Assembly (NCBI GenBank): GCA_002305675.1
Contig: DBQA01000007.1
Span: 238,653 to 302,652 of the forward strand
Length of the DNA stretch: 64,000 bases
Source of the DNA: Patescibacteria group bacterium UBA1406
GTDB lineage: Bacteria; Patescibacteriota; Microgenomatia; UBA1406
Reading direction: 5' to 3'
Position 1 is the first letter of the stretch. Every line of letters begins with the position of its first letter. Positions 51,886-61,786 of this stretch are shown one piece after another. A model generated the notes under the pieces. That model was not told the origin of the DNA. It did no database searches and worked only from the letters and a program-made list of their open reading frames with translations. Made by a program: the position numbers and the translations under genes.

Positions 51886-53214
51886 CTAAACGAAATAGTT
51901 TTTAATGGTCTCAACCTTCCTTCTGAGGATATCATCGTTGGGGATCTGGTTCATCACCTTTTGCACCCCATGCATCACAGTAGTGTGGTCCTTCTTTCCC
52001 AATAAAAGGGCAATGTCCTCATAGGGGAGATTGGTCAGGGTTTTCAGAAAATACATAATAATATGCCTGGCCATGGCCACATTTTGTTTCCGGTTGTCCT
52101 CCTTAATGTCTTTTAGTTTGACGTTAAGCTCTCTGGCCGCGATCTTAATAATCTCCCTGGGGTTGTGGTTGACGACCCTTGCCCCCTCGCTTTGAACAAT
52201 AAGCCTCTCTATCAACTCTTTCTTTATCTCGGTGCCCGACTCCTGCAGGGCCCTAAGCTTGAGAAGGAAGCCCTCGGCCTCTCTAATCTCTTCTATATTG
52301 GCGGAGATTATTTTGGCCACCCCCACATCTATAGGAACATTCTTTTCCCTAGCTTTGATGAGGAGGATGGCCGTCTTCAGTTCAAAATCAGGAACCTGAA
52401 TGTCGACAACCAACCCGCTTAAAAAACGGGAAGCAAGCCTCTTTTCTATCTTGGGGATTAGTTTTGGAGGTTTGTCGGAGGTGAAGATGATCTGTTTGTT
52501 GGCGTTCCTTAGTTTGTTAAAGGTGTGAAAGAGCTCCTCCTGGACGAACTCCCGCTCGGAAACGAATTGGATGTCGTCCAAAAGCAGGGCGTCGATGTTG
52601 CGGAAGCGCTTCCGGAAGGAGTCGGTTCTTTTGTTCTTAATGGATTCTACCAGGGAGTTCATAAAATCCTCAGTCGAGCAATAATAGACGGACCCCCCGA
52701 TGGTCTCGATTATTTTCCGGCCGACGGCATTAAGAAGGTGGGTCTTGCCCACCCCTACCCCACCCCACAGGAAAAGGGGGTTGTAGGTCTTGCCGGGGTT
52801 ACTGGCCACGGCGAGGGCCGCGGCGTGGGCCAATTGGTTTGACACAGAGACCGCGAAATTCTCAAAACTTAGATTTGGGGACAGGCCGGCCTTCTGAAGC
52901 TTGAAATCAACCGACTCTGGTTCGTCGGAGAAGAGGGGGCCGATGCTTTTGGAGCTTTTAGCTTGGTTATTGACGCTTTGGAAGAGGATTTTCTTGGGCC
53001 GCTGGCCGGTGTATTTTTCGATCATGCGGGCGATCAACATCTGGTATTTGCTTTGCAAAAAGAAGCCTACCCCACTATTTGGGCAGCTGATGATAAGGTT
53101 GCTGCCGCTGAACTCCAGGATCTTAGTGCTTTTAAAAAATGAGTTAAAGGTGTTCTCCGACACCTCGAGTTCGATTTCGTCCAGCGCCTTTTTCCACAAT
53201 AAACCAGAGTCCAT
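51886..53214 (-). CDS. dnaA: chromosomal replication initiator protein DnaA
   Basis: 442 aa. Walker A is GGVGVGKTHL, Walker B is LLLDDIQF and the C-terminal DNA-binding domain is VAMARHIIMYFLKTLTNLPYEDIALLLGKKDHTTVMHGVQKV. Confidence 0.94.
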   Translation of the reverse strand: MDSGLLWKKALDEIELEVSENTFNSFFKSTKILEFSGSNLIISCPNSGVGFFLQSKYQMLIARMIEKYTGQRPKKILFQSVNNQAKSSKSIGPLFSDEPESVDFKLQKAGLSPNLSFENFAVSVSNQLAHAAALAVASNPGKTYNPLFLWGGVGVGKTHLLNAVGRKIIETIGGSVYYCSTEDFMNSLVESIKNKRTDSFRKRFRNIDALLLDDIQFVSEREFVQEELFHTFNKLRNANKQIIFTSDKPPKLIPKIEKRLASRFLSGLVVDIQVPDFELKTAILLIKAREKNVPIDVGVAKIISANIEEIREAEGFLLKLRALQESGTEIKKELIERLIVQSEGARVVNHNPREIIKIAARELNVKLKDIKEDNRKQNVAMARHIIMYFLKTLTNLPYEDIALLLGKKDHTTVMHGVQKVMNQIPNDDILRRKVETIKNYFV

Positions 53215-53327
53215 AGATTGATTTTAAGACCCAACCCCCATTTTACTAATTGAAAATGTGGATAAGTTTTCCACAAGGATAGATTTTTTTGGTCTTTTTG
53301 TCAAGGAGAATTTGCTAAAATAATCAA
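53215..53327. other. oriC part 1: inverted DnaA-box pair plus a T-rich stretch upstream of dnaA
   Basis: A consensus TGTGGATAA (53257-53265) and TTTTCCACA (53267-53275) form the near-palindrome TGTGGATAAgTTTTCCACA. It is followed by AT-rich GATAGATTTTTTTGGTCTTTTTG. Confidence 0.65.
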
Positions 53328-53714
53328 ATGCTCGAGGCCAAAAACCTGAAAAAGGAAATAAAGGACGTTCTTCTCAACCCGCCGCCATTGGAAAAAATGC
53401 TTCTGGATATCAAGATGACAAGGGTGTCTCTTAAACAAAAAGGGGGAGACATCGGCCTGTTTAGAACAATTAATAAGAACTTGGTCGAGAAGATTTGGAA
53501 AACACTTAAAATGAAGGCGCTCATCAAAAAGAACGCCCAAAAATTGAAGGAGCTCGGCTTCAGCGAAACAGCGGCCAGAAAGCATGTCCGGCTCCTGTTG
53601 AAAGAGGTGGATAACCACATCAACCTCGAAAACAACCACCCCATAGAGGGTTTTGCCGAGGGGGGGTTTCTGGAGTTAGAGGTGTTGAGGGAAAAAAAGA
53701 AAATTAGACACTAA
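53328..53714 (+). CDS. hypothetical basic protein next to oriC (128 aa)
   Basis: Lys/Glu-rich ORF with plausible codon periodicity. TAAAAT (53316-53321) lies 6 nt upstream of the ATG. I recognise no domain. Confidence 0.4.
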   Translation: MLEAKNLKKEIKDVLLNPPPLEKMLLDIKMTRVSLKQKGGDIGLFRTINKNLVEKIWKTLKMKALIKKNAQKLKELGFSETAARKHVRLLLKEVDNHINLENNHPIEGFAEGGFLELEVLREKKKIRH

Positions 53715-53723
53715 TCATTAATA

Positions 53724-55064
53724 ATGGCCAGCCGCAAATTTTGGATCCTCGCTTTGTTGACATTAGTGCTACTTTGGGTGGCTCTACCATTCCTTTCCAT
53801 TAAAATCCCATTCTTGAATAAAGAAATTGTTGTTAAGCCCAAAAGGGTGGAGTTGAGGGTGTTTGGTCGGGAGATGGTCCTGAACAACGACTTTAAGCTG
53901 GGCCTGGATCTCTCGGGAGGCAGCCATTTGGTGTTTGAGCTGGATACGGACAAAGTGGCGGGAGAGGACAGGGAGGATGCTGCCCTGGCCGCCCGGAATA
54001 TTATTGAGAGGCGGATAAACTTTTTCGGGGTCAGCGAACCCCAGGTTTTAATGCTCAACAATAACGGTGTCTACAGGGTCTCCGTTGATATACCCGGGAG
54101 CAAAAACCTACAGGAGGCAATCGACAATATTGGCAGGACCGCCCAACTGGAATTCAGGGAATATAAGACCAAAGAGGTCAAGGAGGGGACTTCGTCTGCC
54201 ACCATCCCCTATTTTACCGAAACGGAGCTTAATGGCCGGTATCTCAAGAAGGCGTCCTTGGTTTTTGACCAGCAATCTGGCAAGCCCCAGGTGGGGCTGG
54301 TTTTCAACAGGGAGGGTAAGGAGATATTTGCCAAATTGAGCAAAAACAACGTCGGCAAACCATTGGCCATTTTTCTGGACAATAACCTATTGACTGCCCC
54401 CGTGGTCCAGCAGGAAATCAAGAACGGCGAGGCGGTCATCACCGGTGATTTTGCGGTGGAAGAGGCAAAAACCCTGGTCAACTCCCTCAATGCCGGCGCA
54501 CTGCCTCTACCGATCAGGCTGGTGGAGCAAAAAACGGTCGAGGCGGTCCTGGGGCAAGAGAACGTTGAAAAAAGCGTGGTGGCCGGCGCCCTGGGTTTAT
54601 TGTGTGTAGCGCTCTTTATGGTGGGGATATATAGACGAGAGGGACTTGTGGCCATCTTTTCCTTACTATTGTACGCCATCTACAGCGTAGCGGTCTATAA
54701 GCTGTTCGGGGTGGTGTTGACCCTATCGGGGATTGCCGGCTTTTTGTTATCGATCGGGATGGCGGTGGACGCCAACATCCTGATCTATGAGCGGATAAAG
54801 GAGGAGAAAAAAAGGCTCCAGGATACCCAAAGGGCGGTTCGAGTGGGCTTTTTCCGGGCCCTGAACGCCATAAAGGGGGCGAATGTCAATACGCTTCTCG
54901 TGAGCTTTATTCTATTCAATCCCTTCAATCTAAACTTCCTTCCCCAGTTCGGGGCGGTGCGGGGATTTGCCCTTACTTTGGCCATCGGGGTGGTTTTGGG
55001 CTTGTTTACCGGGGTTTTTATAACCAAGAACGTGCTGTGGAAAGTTTACCGAATAGAGGAGTAA
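53724..55064 (+). CDS. secD: protein translocase subunit SecD
   Basis: 446 aa with an N-terminal TM helix, a periplasmic domain containing GLDLSGGSHLVFE, and a C-terminal six-TM bundle. Confidence 0.9.
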   Translation: MASRKFWILALLTLVLLWVALPFLSIKIPFLNKEIVVKPKRVELRVFGREMVLNNDFKLGLDLSGGSHLVFELDTDKVAGEDREDAALAARNIIERRINFFGVSEPQVLMLNNNGVYRVSVDIPGSKNLQEAIDNIGRTAQLEFREYKTKEVKEGTSSATIPYFTETELNGRYLKKASLVFDQQSGKPQVGLVFNREGKEIFAKLSKNNVGKPLAIFLDNNLLTAPVVQQEIKNGEAVITGDFAVEEAKTLVNSLNAGALPLPIRLVEQKTVEAVLGQENVEKSVVAGALGLLCVALFMVGIYRREGLVAIFSLLLYAIYSVAVYKLFGVVLTLSGIAGFLLSIGMAVDANILIYERIKEEKKRLQDTQRAVRVGFFRALNAIKGANVNTLLVSFILFNPFNLNFLPQFGAVRGFALTLAIGVVLGLFTGVFITKNVLWKVYRIEE

Positions 55065-55065
55065 A

Positions 55066-55917
55066 ATGATCGACTTCTTAAAGTACAGACTGATCTATCT
55101 TCTCTTTTCTGTTGCTCTTTTGGCTTTGGGGGCTTTCAGCGTGGTCAGGAGCGGTTTTGTCTATTCCCTGGACTTTGTTGGGGGCGGGCTTTTGGAGTTC
55201 TCAGTTCCCAGTAAGGCCAAAATCGACGACATAAGAGAGTTTGTGCTCCGGGACGATTCCCTTTCTTTCCAAGAAACGGGGTCTGGTTTTATAATCAACG
55301 GGACCCGACTGGACAAAGAAAGGGCGGAAAAACTTTCCAAAGAGATGGAAAAGAAATTTTCATTGACAAGCGCCAGGTTTGAACTGGTAGGCGCGTCCGT
55401 ATCCAAAGACAATATCTATAAGATAGTGGTGGCGACCGCTTTGTCGGTTATCGGTATTTTGCTTTATATAGCCTTCAATTTCAAAAATTGGGGTTTGGCG
55501 GTGGCGGCCGTCGTGGCCCTCCTGCATGATGCCTTCATCCTAGTAGGCAGCTGGTCGATTTTAGGTAGGTTGTTCGGGGCGGAGTTCGACGTCCTGTTCA
55601 TGACGACGCTCCTGACCACCATGTCGTTCTCTGTCCATGACACCATAGTGATCTTTGACAAGATCCAGGAAGAGGACAGTCAGTCCTCCTTCTCGTCCCT
55701 GAAGGACAAGATAAACCACGCCCTGAACGTGACCATGATGCGCTCCCTCAACAACTCGCTGACCATTATCCTCATGCTGACGGCCCTGATCATTCTCGGC
55801 GGTGATTCCGTCCGATGGTTCGCCATTGCGCTTTTGTTGGGAACCTTCCTGGGAACCTATTCCTCCCCTTTCGTGGCCGCCCCCGTCTACTTCCTTTTAC
55901 GGGGAAAGAAGCAGTAA
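55066..55917 (+). CDS. secF: protein translocase subunit SecF
   Basis: 283 aa. It starts 1 nt after secD and has the SecF-type six-TM organisation (…LHDAFILVGSWSILG…). Confidence 0.9.
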   Translation: MIDFLKYRLIYLLFSVALLALGAFSVVRSGFVYSLDFVGGGLLEFSVPSKAKIDDIREFVLRDDSLSFQETGSGFIINGTRLDKERAEKLSKEMEKKFSLTSARFELVGASVSKDNIYKIVVATALSVIGILLYIAFNFKNWGLAVAAVVALLHDAFILVGSWSILGRLFGAEFDVLFMTTLLTTMSFSVHDTIVIFDKIQEEDSQSSFSSLKDKINHALNVTMMRSLNNSLTIILMLTALIILGGDSVRWFAIALLLGTFLGTYSSPFVAAPVYFLLRGKKQ

Positions 55918-55938
55918 CGACTGTTATATAATGTTTGT

Positions 55939-57627
55939 ATGCTTAAAAAAGCCGCTCCTTTTTTGACGCTTATGGTCTTGTTTTCCGGCCTCCTCCTGGG
56001 GTCTGTGTGGGCGGACGAACTGGAGGAGGTCACCAAGCAGCTGGAAGAAGTAAAAAGGCTCCTGAACGAATCCAAGAAGGCCACAGAACCCTTAGAGCAG
56101 AACCTGCGGACCATTGAGGTCAATATCGGCGGAATTGAGCACAAGATTACCCTTCTTGAGGCCGAGGTGGCGGTCAAGGAGAAGGAGATTGGACTTGGAG
56201 AGCGAGACCTCATCGAACAGAAAAAGGTCATCGACCAAAGGATCCGCCGCTACTACAAACAGTCAAGAACATACCTCAATAATATTTTTGCCCTCTTTTT
56301 AAGCGAGAGCATCACCGAGGCATCCCGTGGTTTTTTCTATCAGCAGCGGGGGGTGCACCGGGACAAGGAAACCATCTTGAAAACGGCCTTTTTCATCAGA
56401 TCTTTGGAGGAAAAAAAGGCCACCCTCGAGCATGAAAAAGAACAGCTCGCGGTCATAAAGGTGGACCTTGACAAACAGAAGGGCTTCTTTCAGGCCGAGG
56501 TGGCCAAGGCCAAAAATTACCAGAGCGACCTGGAGAAAAAAATAGTCGAGCTGTCCGCCAGGCAGCAGCAGATCCTGAATGCCAGGAGCGGCAGCTTTGT
56601 GGTGAACATTGGTGACAGCGAATTGGCCGACGATTATAATGCCTCCATCAAGGGCTTCCGGGAGGCTGCTCCCGGGGGTTATTTCGCCGTCTTCTCTTTC
56701 GGCGCCCATACACACAGGAAGGGAATGAGCCAGTATGGAGCAAGAGGAAGGGCCCAGGGAGGGCAGGATTATAAGACCATTTTAAGGGCGTATTACGGCA
56801 AAGACCCGGTCTCTAAGGATACGGGAGGCAATATTAGGGTGGCCGGTTATGGCGAGATTGATTTTGAAACCACCTATTTGTACGGTATAGCGGAGATGCC
56901 CTCCAGCTGGCACAAGGAGGCGCTTAAAGCCCAGGCTGTGGCAGCCCGCACATACGCCTACCGGCATAAGACAGAGGGGCGGGAGATATGCACAACAGAG
57001 GCTTGCCAGGTTTTCTCCAAATCCAAGTCCGACAGTGTTCCGGAAAGCTGGAAGCAGGCGGTGGATGAGACTAAGGGAGAGGTCCTGGAAGACGTTGTGA
57101 CTTATTACTCCTCCACCTCTGGGGGCTATCTGACCACCATGGGCTGGGATACCACTGACGGGGCCGGTGGCAGCGGGTTTATTGACAGGGCATATGAGAA
57201 ATTAGGCGGCTCACCCTGGCTGTACAAAGCTTGGTATACGCAAGGCTACAGTGTCAATAGTGACAAGTGCGGACGGGCCAATCCCTGGTTGTCTCCGGTG
57301 GAGATGGCGGACATAGTGAATGCCGCTCTGGTGCTGACCCGGGGGACGTCACAGGAAGCGGAAAGGATTACGCCGGTCACCACTTCCTGCTGGGGGGGCA
57401 ATCCCTACAGTTATGATGAGCTAAGGGATGTGGCAGCCAAATACGGCGGTATCGCGAGCGCCACGAGCGCGGTGGTCGAACAGGGCAACGGGACCACCAA
57501 TCAGGTGACCATAAACGGGGTTTCCCTCTCCGGCAGCGATTTCAAGAGGGCTTTCAACGTGAGGGCGCCGGGATACCTCTCCATTCCCCAATACCAGTTC
57601 GCCTTTTTCAATATTGAAAAAAAATAA
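55939..57627 (+). CDS. SpoIID/LytB-domain protein with an N-terminal coiled coil
   Basis: 562 aa with a signal peptide and a ~200-aa coiled coil. The SpoIID motifs are EALKAQAVAARTYA and YYSSTSGGYLT. Confidence 0.75.
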   Translation: MLKKAAPFLTLMVLFSGLLLGSVWADELEEVTKQLEEVKRLLNESKKATEPLEQNLRTIEVNIGGIEHKITLLEAEVAVKEKEIGLGERDLIEQKKVIDQRIRRYYKQSRTYLNNIFALFLSESITEASRGFFYQQRGVHRDKETILKTAFFIRSLEEKKATLEHEKEQLAVIKVDLDKQKGFFQAEVAKAKNYQSDLEKKIVELSARQQQILNARSGSFVVNIGDSELADDYNASIKGFREAAPGGYFAVFSFGAHTHRKGMSQYGARGRAQGGQDYKTILRAYYGKDPVSKDTGGNIRVAGYGEIDFETTYLYGIAEMPSSWHKEALKAQAVAARTYAYRHKTEGREICTTEACQVFSKSKSDSVPESWKQAVDETKGEVLEDVVTYYSSTSGGYLTTMGWDTTDGAGGSGFIDRAYEKLGGSPWLYKAWYTQGYSVNSDKCGRANPWLSPVEMADIVNAALVLTRGTSQEAERITPVTTSCWGGNPYSYDELRDVAAKYGGIASATSAVVEQGNGTTNQVTINGVSLSGSDFKRAFNVRAPGYLSIPQYQFAFFNIEKK

Positions 57628-57638
57628 CCACTCTGTTT

Positions 57639-59894
57639 ATGAGAAACCGTTTTATCGTCGAAGTGGTCGAAGAGAAGAAGAAGGCCGTTCTGGTGTATCG
57701 GAAGAAGACCAGGGCTGTTGATTTTATCCACCGGCAACTCAAAAAGAACTACTCGGTTTATGAGACCACGGACACTGGGCAAGAGCTGTCGGGCTACGAT
57801 CTGGCCTTTTTTATCGATGCCTTTCCCAATAACCCCCGAGAACTACATCGCAACAAGCTGAATATTCTGGTGACCTTCTTTGACAAGGAGGAATACGGGC
57901 TGAATAAAAAATGGTGTGAGAAACACCTCAAAGGCAACTACAAGATCGTCAACATCGGCCTCACGGACCGCAAAATCGGCGAGCTCCTGGACTTTATTCT
58001 TTACAAGACGCCCACTCCCTACGCCTTCGATTTTTCCAAGAACCTGCCCCGCAAACTACTCAGAGAGGAGGCGGTGGATCCTTTAAAGGTCGCCCTGAAA
58101 TTCCTGAAATACCTGGGGATCTCGATAGTTTTGGCCAACTTCCTTTTTATCATATTCTTTTGTTACCAGTGGTTCCTGTTGTGGGGACTATGGCGGAATC
58201 CCAACCAAGAGATGCCGGTCATGAAAAAACGGCTTCAAGAGGTTGGCCAGGTGCAGGCCATCAATGATACACTGGTCCTGGTGCCCAAGAACACCCTGTT
58301 CTGGCTGCCGGGCGTGGACAAGGTCCTGGAGATAGAAAGAGCCACCAAAAAGACCACCCAGTTCCTGGATGAAGGGAGCAGGCTGTTCGAGAATTATTCC
58401 CTGCTGATGCAGCTTATTCTTAGGAAAAGCAAAAGCGAGAGCGAGATCCGGGAAGTGAAGCTTCGCATCAAAACCCTGAATGAAGGTCTGGACCGTTTCG
58501 ACAATCTTTATTACGGACTGATGTCCGAATGGAAAGTGACCAATATCCCCTTCTTAAATGCCCGGAAGGAAGAGGTTTTGGGAAAGCTCATAGAGCTCGA
58601 GGATTACATAAAGCTGGCCGAGCGCTTGGGGCGTCAGCTTCCTTATCTCTTGGGCAGCGACAGTCCCCGGAAGTATCTGGTCCTGTTCATGAATAACATG
58701 GAGCTCAGGCCCGGGGGAGGTTTCATCGGTTCGTTGGGGGTAATCGAATTCGCCAACTTCGGCATGAATGACCTAAAGGTATATGACGTCTACACCCTGG
58801 ACGGTCAATTGAAGGTCCATATTGACCCGCCCTTGGCTATCCGCGAACATATGGGGCAGCCCCACTGGTTCCTGCGCGATTCCAACTTCTCGGCCGATTT
58901 CCCCACCAATGCCGTCCGGGCCCTGGATTTTATTGAGAGAGAGGTCGGGTGGCAGGATTTTGACGGGGTCGTGGGGGTCACCCTTTCCGCTGTCCAGAAG
59001 TTTATTGCCCTATTCCCCGACCTGACGGTTTCTGATTACAACGAGACCATTACTCCCGACAACTTTTTCCTCAAGGCCCAGACCTATGCCGAAAAGGACT
59101 TTTTTCCCGGTTCCCACAGCAAGCGGAATTTCCTGGAGTCGGTGGTCAGGTCGCTGATCATCCGGATGGAGGAAGGTTGGGTGGACCAGCTCGCGCTTGC
59201 CAGGGTCGTTCGGGATGTTTTTGAAGAGAAGTTCATGGTGGTCTATTTTCCCAAGGATGACATTGAAAGCGTTTTCGACGAGCTCTTCTGGACAGGTAGG
59301 GTTGTCAAGCCGGGCTGCAGCCTGAGCAAGAAGTGTTTTTTCGACTACTTATCCCTGGTGGACGCGAACCTGGGGGTCAACAAGACGAACTTTTTTGTGC
59401 AACGCACCATCAGGATGGTGACGCGAATAAGCGAGGACGGCTCTGTCCGGAACAGGCTCATAGCCGAATATGTCAACGAGTCGGTCAATGGGGTGTTCCC
59501 GGGTGGAAATTATAAGAACTACCTGCAGGTTATGCTGCCGAAAAACGCCAAAATAACTTCGGTCGCCGTCGACAACGAAAAACTGGGAAAGTATGAAGAA
59601 ACAGTGGAGATGGATCTAAGGAAAATAGGCCTGCTGGTCCAGGTGCCGCCCGAAAGCCAGAGGAGCGTGACGGTGGAGTACGGTTTTATTGACAAGCTGG
59701 CTGAAGGAGTGGACTACCAACTTATAGTTCAGAAACAGACGGGCTCGATAAACAACGACTTCATCTATGAAATGAGGTTACCGCCGAACACGATCCTGGG
59801 CTATACCAACTTTGCCCCGATTGTCAGTCAGGAGGGCTTGGTGTATAATACTTACCTACATAAAGACCGGATATTATTAGTTACCTTTAAATAA
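57639..59894 (+). CDS. DUF4012-domain membrane protein
   Basis: 751 aa with one TM helix near residue 160. The segment YLVLFMNNMELRPGGGFIGSLGVIEF is the hallmark DUF4012 pattern as I recall it. Confidence 0.7.
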   Translation: MRNRFIVEVVEEKKKAVLVYRKKTRAVDFIHRQLKKNYSVYETTDTGQELSGYDLAFFIDAFPNNPRELHRNKLNILVTFFDKEEYGLNKKWCEKHLKGNYKIVNIGLTDRKIGELLDFILYKTPTPYAFDFSKNLPRKLLREEAVDPLKVALKFLKYLGISIVLANFLFIIFFCYQWFLLWGLWRNPNQEMPVMKKRLQEVGQVQAINDTLVLVPKNTLFWLPGVDKVLEIERATKKTTQFLDEGSRLFENYSLLMQLILRKSKSESEIREVKLRIKTLNEGLDRFDNLYYGLMSEWKVTNIPFLNARKEEVLGKLIELEDYIKLAERLGRQLPYLLGSDSPRKYLVLFMNNMELRPGGGFIGSLGVIEFANFGMNDLKVYDVYTLDGQLKVHIDPPLAIREHMGQPHWFLRDSNFSADFPTNAVRALDFIEREVGWQDFDGVVGVTLSAVQKFIALFPDLTVSDYNETITPDNFFLKAQTYAEKDFFPGSHSKRNFLESVVRSLIIRMEEGWVDQLALARVVRDVFEEKFMVVYFPKDDIESVFDELFWTGRVVKPGCSLSKKCFFDYLSLVDANLGVNKTNFFVQRTIRMVTRISEDGSVRNRLIAEYVNESVNGVFPGGNYKNYLQVMLPKNAKITSVAVDNEKLGKYEETVEMDLRKIGLLVQVPPESQRSVTVEYGFIDKLAEGVDYQLIVQKQTGSINNDFIYEMRLPPNTILGYTNFAPIVSQEGLVYNTYLHKDRILLVTFK

Positions 59895-59898
59895 AAAA

Positions 59899-60573
59899 AT
59901 GGATAAGATAAGTCTGAAAGCAGAAAAGCGAGAGTATTTGGGTAAGAAGAGCCGGAAGTTAAGACGGCTGGGGGTTCTCCCCGCCAATCTTTTCGGCAAG
60001 GGCATCCAGTCAGTCTCTATTAAAATCAACCAGAACGATTTCCTGAACGCCTTTAAGCAGGCCAAGACTACACATGTCGTTTATCTCAAACTAGATAAGG
60101 AAGAACTTCCGGTGCTGATCCAGAACGCCCAGAAGCACCCCATCAGCCGGGAGATCCTGCATGCCGATTTTCGTAAAATTGACCTGAAGGAAAAGGTAGA
60201 GACCGAGGTGCCGGTGGTGGTGGTCGGCGAGCTCGAGGTTGTCAAGTCGGGCGAAGCGGACATCATCACTTTAAGGGACCACCTTTTGGTCGAGGCCTTG
60301 CCGACGAACATTCCCGACAAGATAGTCGTCGACATCTCCAAGCTGGGGGGGATCGGGGCCGAAGTCAGGGTCAAGGACCTGCCCAAGGGCAAGGACTACG
60401 AGTTCATTGAGGATGAGGACGCCTCCGTGGTGCAGATCGCCGAGGCCAAGAAGGAAGAGATAGTCGCTCCCCCGCCCGCGGAGGAAGCTGAGGCTGCGGC
60501 AGAAGGGGCCCCGGCAGAAGCCGGTGAGGCGGCTCCGGAGGAAAAAGCAACAGAAGAGAAGAAGGAAGAGTAA
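59899..60573 (+). CDS. rplY: 50S ribosomal protein L25 / general stress protein Ctc
   Basis: 224 aa. The segments SRKLRRLGVLPANLFGKG and VLIQNAQKHPISREILHADF are followed by an acidic Ala/Glu-rich tail. Confidence 0.85.
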   Translation: MDKISLKAEKREYLGKKSRKLRRLGVLPANLFGKGIQSVSIKINQNDFLNAFKQAKTTHVVYLKLDKEELPVLIQNAQKHPISREILHADFRKIDLKEKVETEVPVVVVGELEVVKSGEADIITLRDHLLVEALPTNIPDKIVVDISKLGGIGAEVRVKDLPKGKDYEFIEDEDASVVQIAEAKKEEIVAPPPAEEAEAAAEGAPAEAGEAAPEEKATEEKKEE

Positions 60574-60589
60574 CCGGATCGGTTCAGGC

Positions 60590-61786
60590 TTACTCGTAGC
60601 GGATAGCTTCCACTGGGGAAAGCTTGGCTGCTTTTCTGGCTGGAAATACTCCAAAAACAACTCCAATGACAAGGGAAACAAAGAAGGCTAGGATAATGGC
60701 CGACAGGGTTACTTTGGCCGGGAAAAATGGTTGCAGTCCCAGACTGGTCAGATAGGCCAATCCGACACCGATAAAACCCCCGGCAGTGGTCAGGAGAACG
60801 GAAGAGGTCAAAAACTGCAGCAAAATATCCCCTTCCCGTGCCCCAACCGCCCGTCTGATACCGATCTCTTTTATTCTTTCTGTAACCGTGACATACATGA
60901 TGTTAGTGATACCTATTCCTCCAACGAGAAGCGAGATGGCAGCAATGCCCACCAATACGCTGTTGATGATGGCGAAGATACCCGAGATAGTTGCCAAGAG
61001 CTCCTTCTGGGTACTGAGCGAAAAATCCTCCTCCTTGTATGTCTTGGACAGTATCCGCTCAGCCTTGGCCATGGTCATCCCCACCTCTTCTTTGCTAGCT
61101 GCTTTGATATAGAAGGAAACGAAGTAACGACTGTCTGTGAGCATAAAAAGAGCCCTGTAGGGAGAATACAGATAGTCGTCAAAGGTCGGTCCACCAAATC
61201 CGCCCCCTCCTTTTGGCTCGGCCACGCCGATCACCCTGAACTTGATTCCGTTCAGTTCTACGGTTTCTCCTATGGGGGATGCATCGAACAGGTCGTTAGC
61301 CACCTTACTTCCCAAGATGACTACCTTTCGTCCCGAGAGTTCCTCGCTCTTGGAAAAGAATCTTCCCTCCGACAACCCCAGGTTATAGATGGTCGATATT
61401 TCCCGGGTGCTGCCAATCAGGGAGGTAGCGAGGGTGTCTGTGCGGCTTTTAAGGACGACGTTTTTCAGGGAGGCGGGAGCGATAACGGTTCCCCCGGTCA
61501 GGCCCCGCCTCAGTCTTTGCAGATCCGAACTGTTGAACTTGGCCCCTCCCATCATCGAATTATCGGTGTTGGCCCCCTTGATCTTGCCGGGAAGGACAAA
61601 GATCAGGTTGGTCCCGAGGGACTCGAACTGCTGTTCAATGTAAGTCTTGAGCCCTTCCCCGAGGGACAAAAGGAGGATGACGCTATAGACGCCGATGATT
61701 ATTCCTAAGCTAGTCAGGAAGGACCGGCCCTTGTTCTTCGCCAGATCTGTCACTGACGCCCGCAGGTAGAAAGCGACTTGTCTCAT
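60590..61786 (-). CDS. ABC transporter permease, MacB/FtsX type
   Basis: 398 aa. An N-terminal TM helix is followed by a large periplasmic domain and a C-terminal FtsX three-TM bundle (GIRRAVGAREGDILLQFL). Confidence 0.85.
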   Translation of the reverse strand: MRQVAFYLRASVTDLAKNKGRSFLTSLGIIIGVYSVILLLSLGEGLKTYIEQQFESLGTNLIFVLPGKIKGANTDNSMMGGAKFNSSDLQRLRRGLTGGTVIAPASLKNVVLKSRTDTLATSLIGSTREISTIYNLGLSEGRFFSKSEELSGRKVVILGSKVANDLFDASPIGETVELNGIKFRVIGVAEPKGGGGFGGPTFDDYLYSPYRALFMLTDSRYFVSFYIKAASKEEVGMTMAKAERILSKTYKEEDFSLSTQKELLATISGIFAIINSVLVGIAAISLLVGGIGITNIMYVTVTERIKEIGIRRAVGAREGDILLQFLTSSVLLTTAGGFIGVGLAYLTSLGLQPFFPAKVTLSAIILAFFVSLVIGVVFGVFPARKAAKLSPVEAIRYE

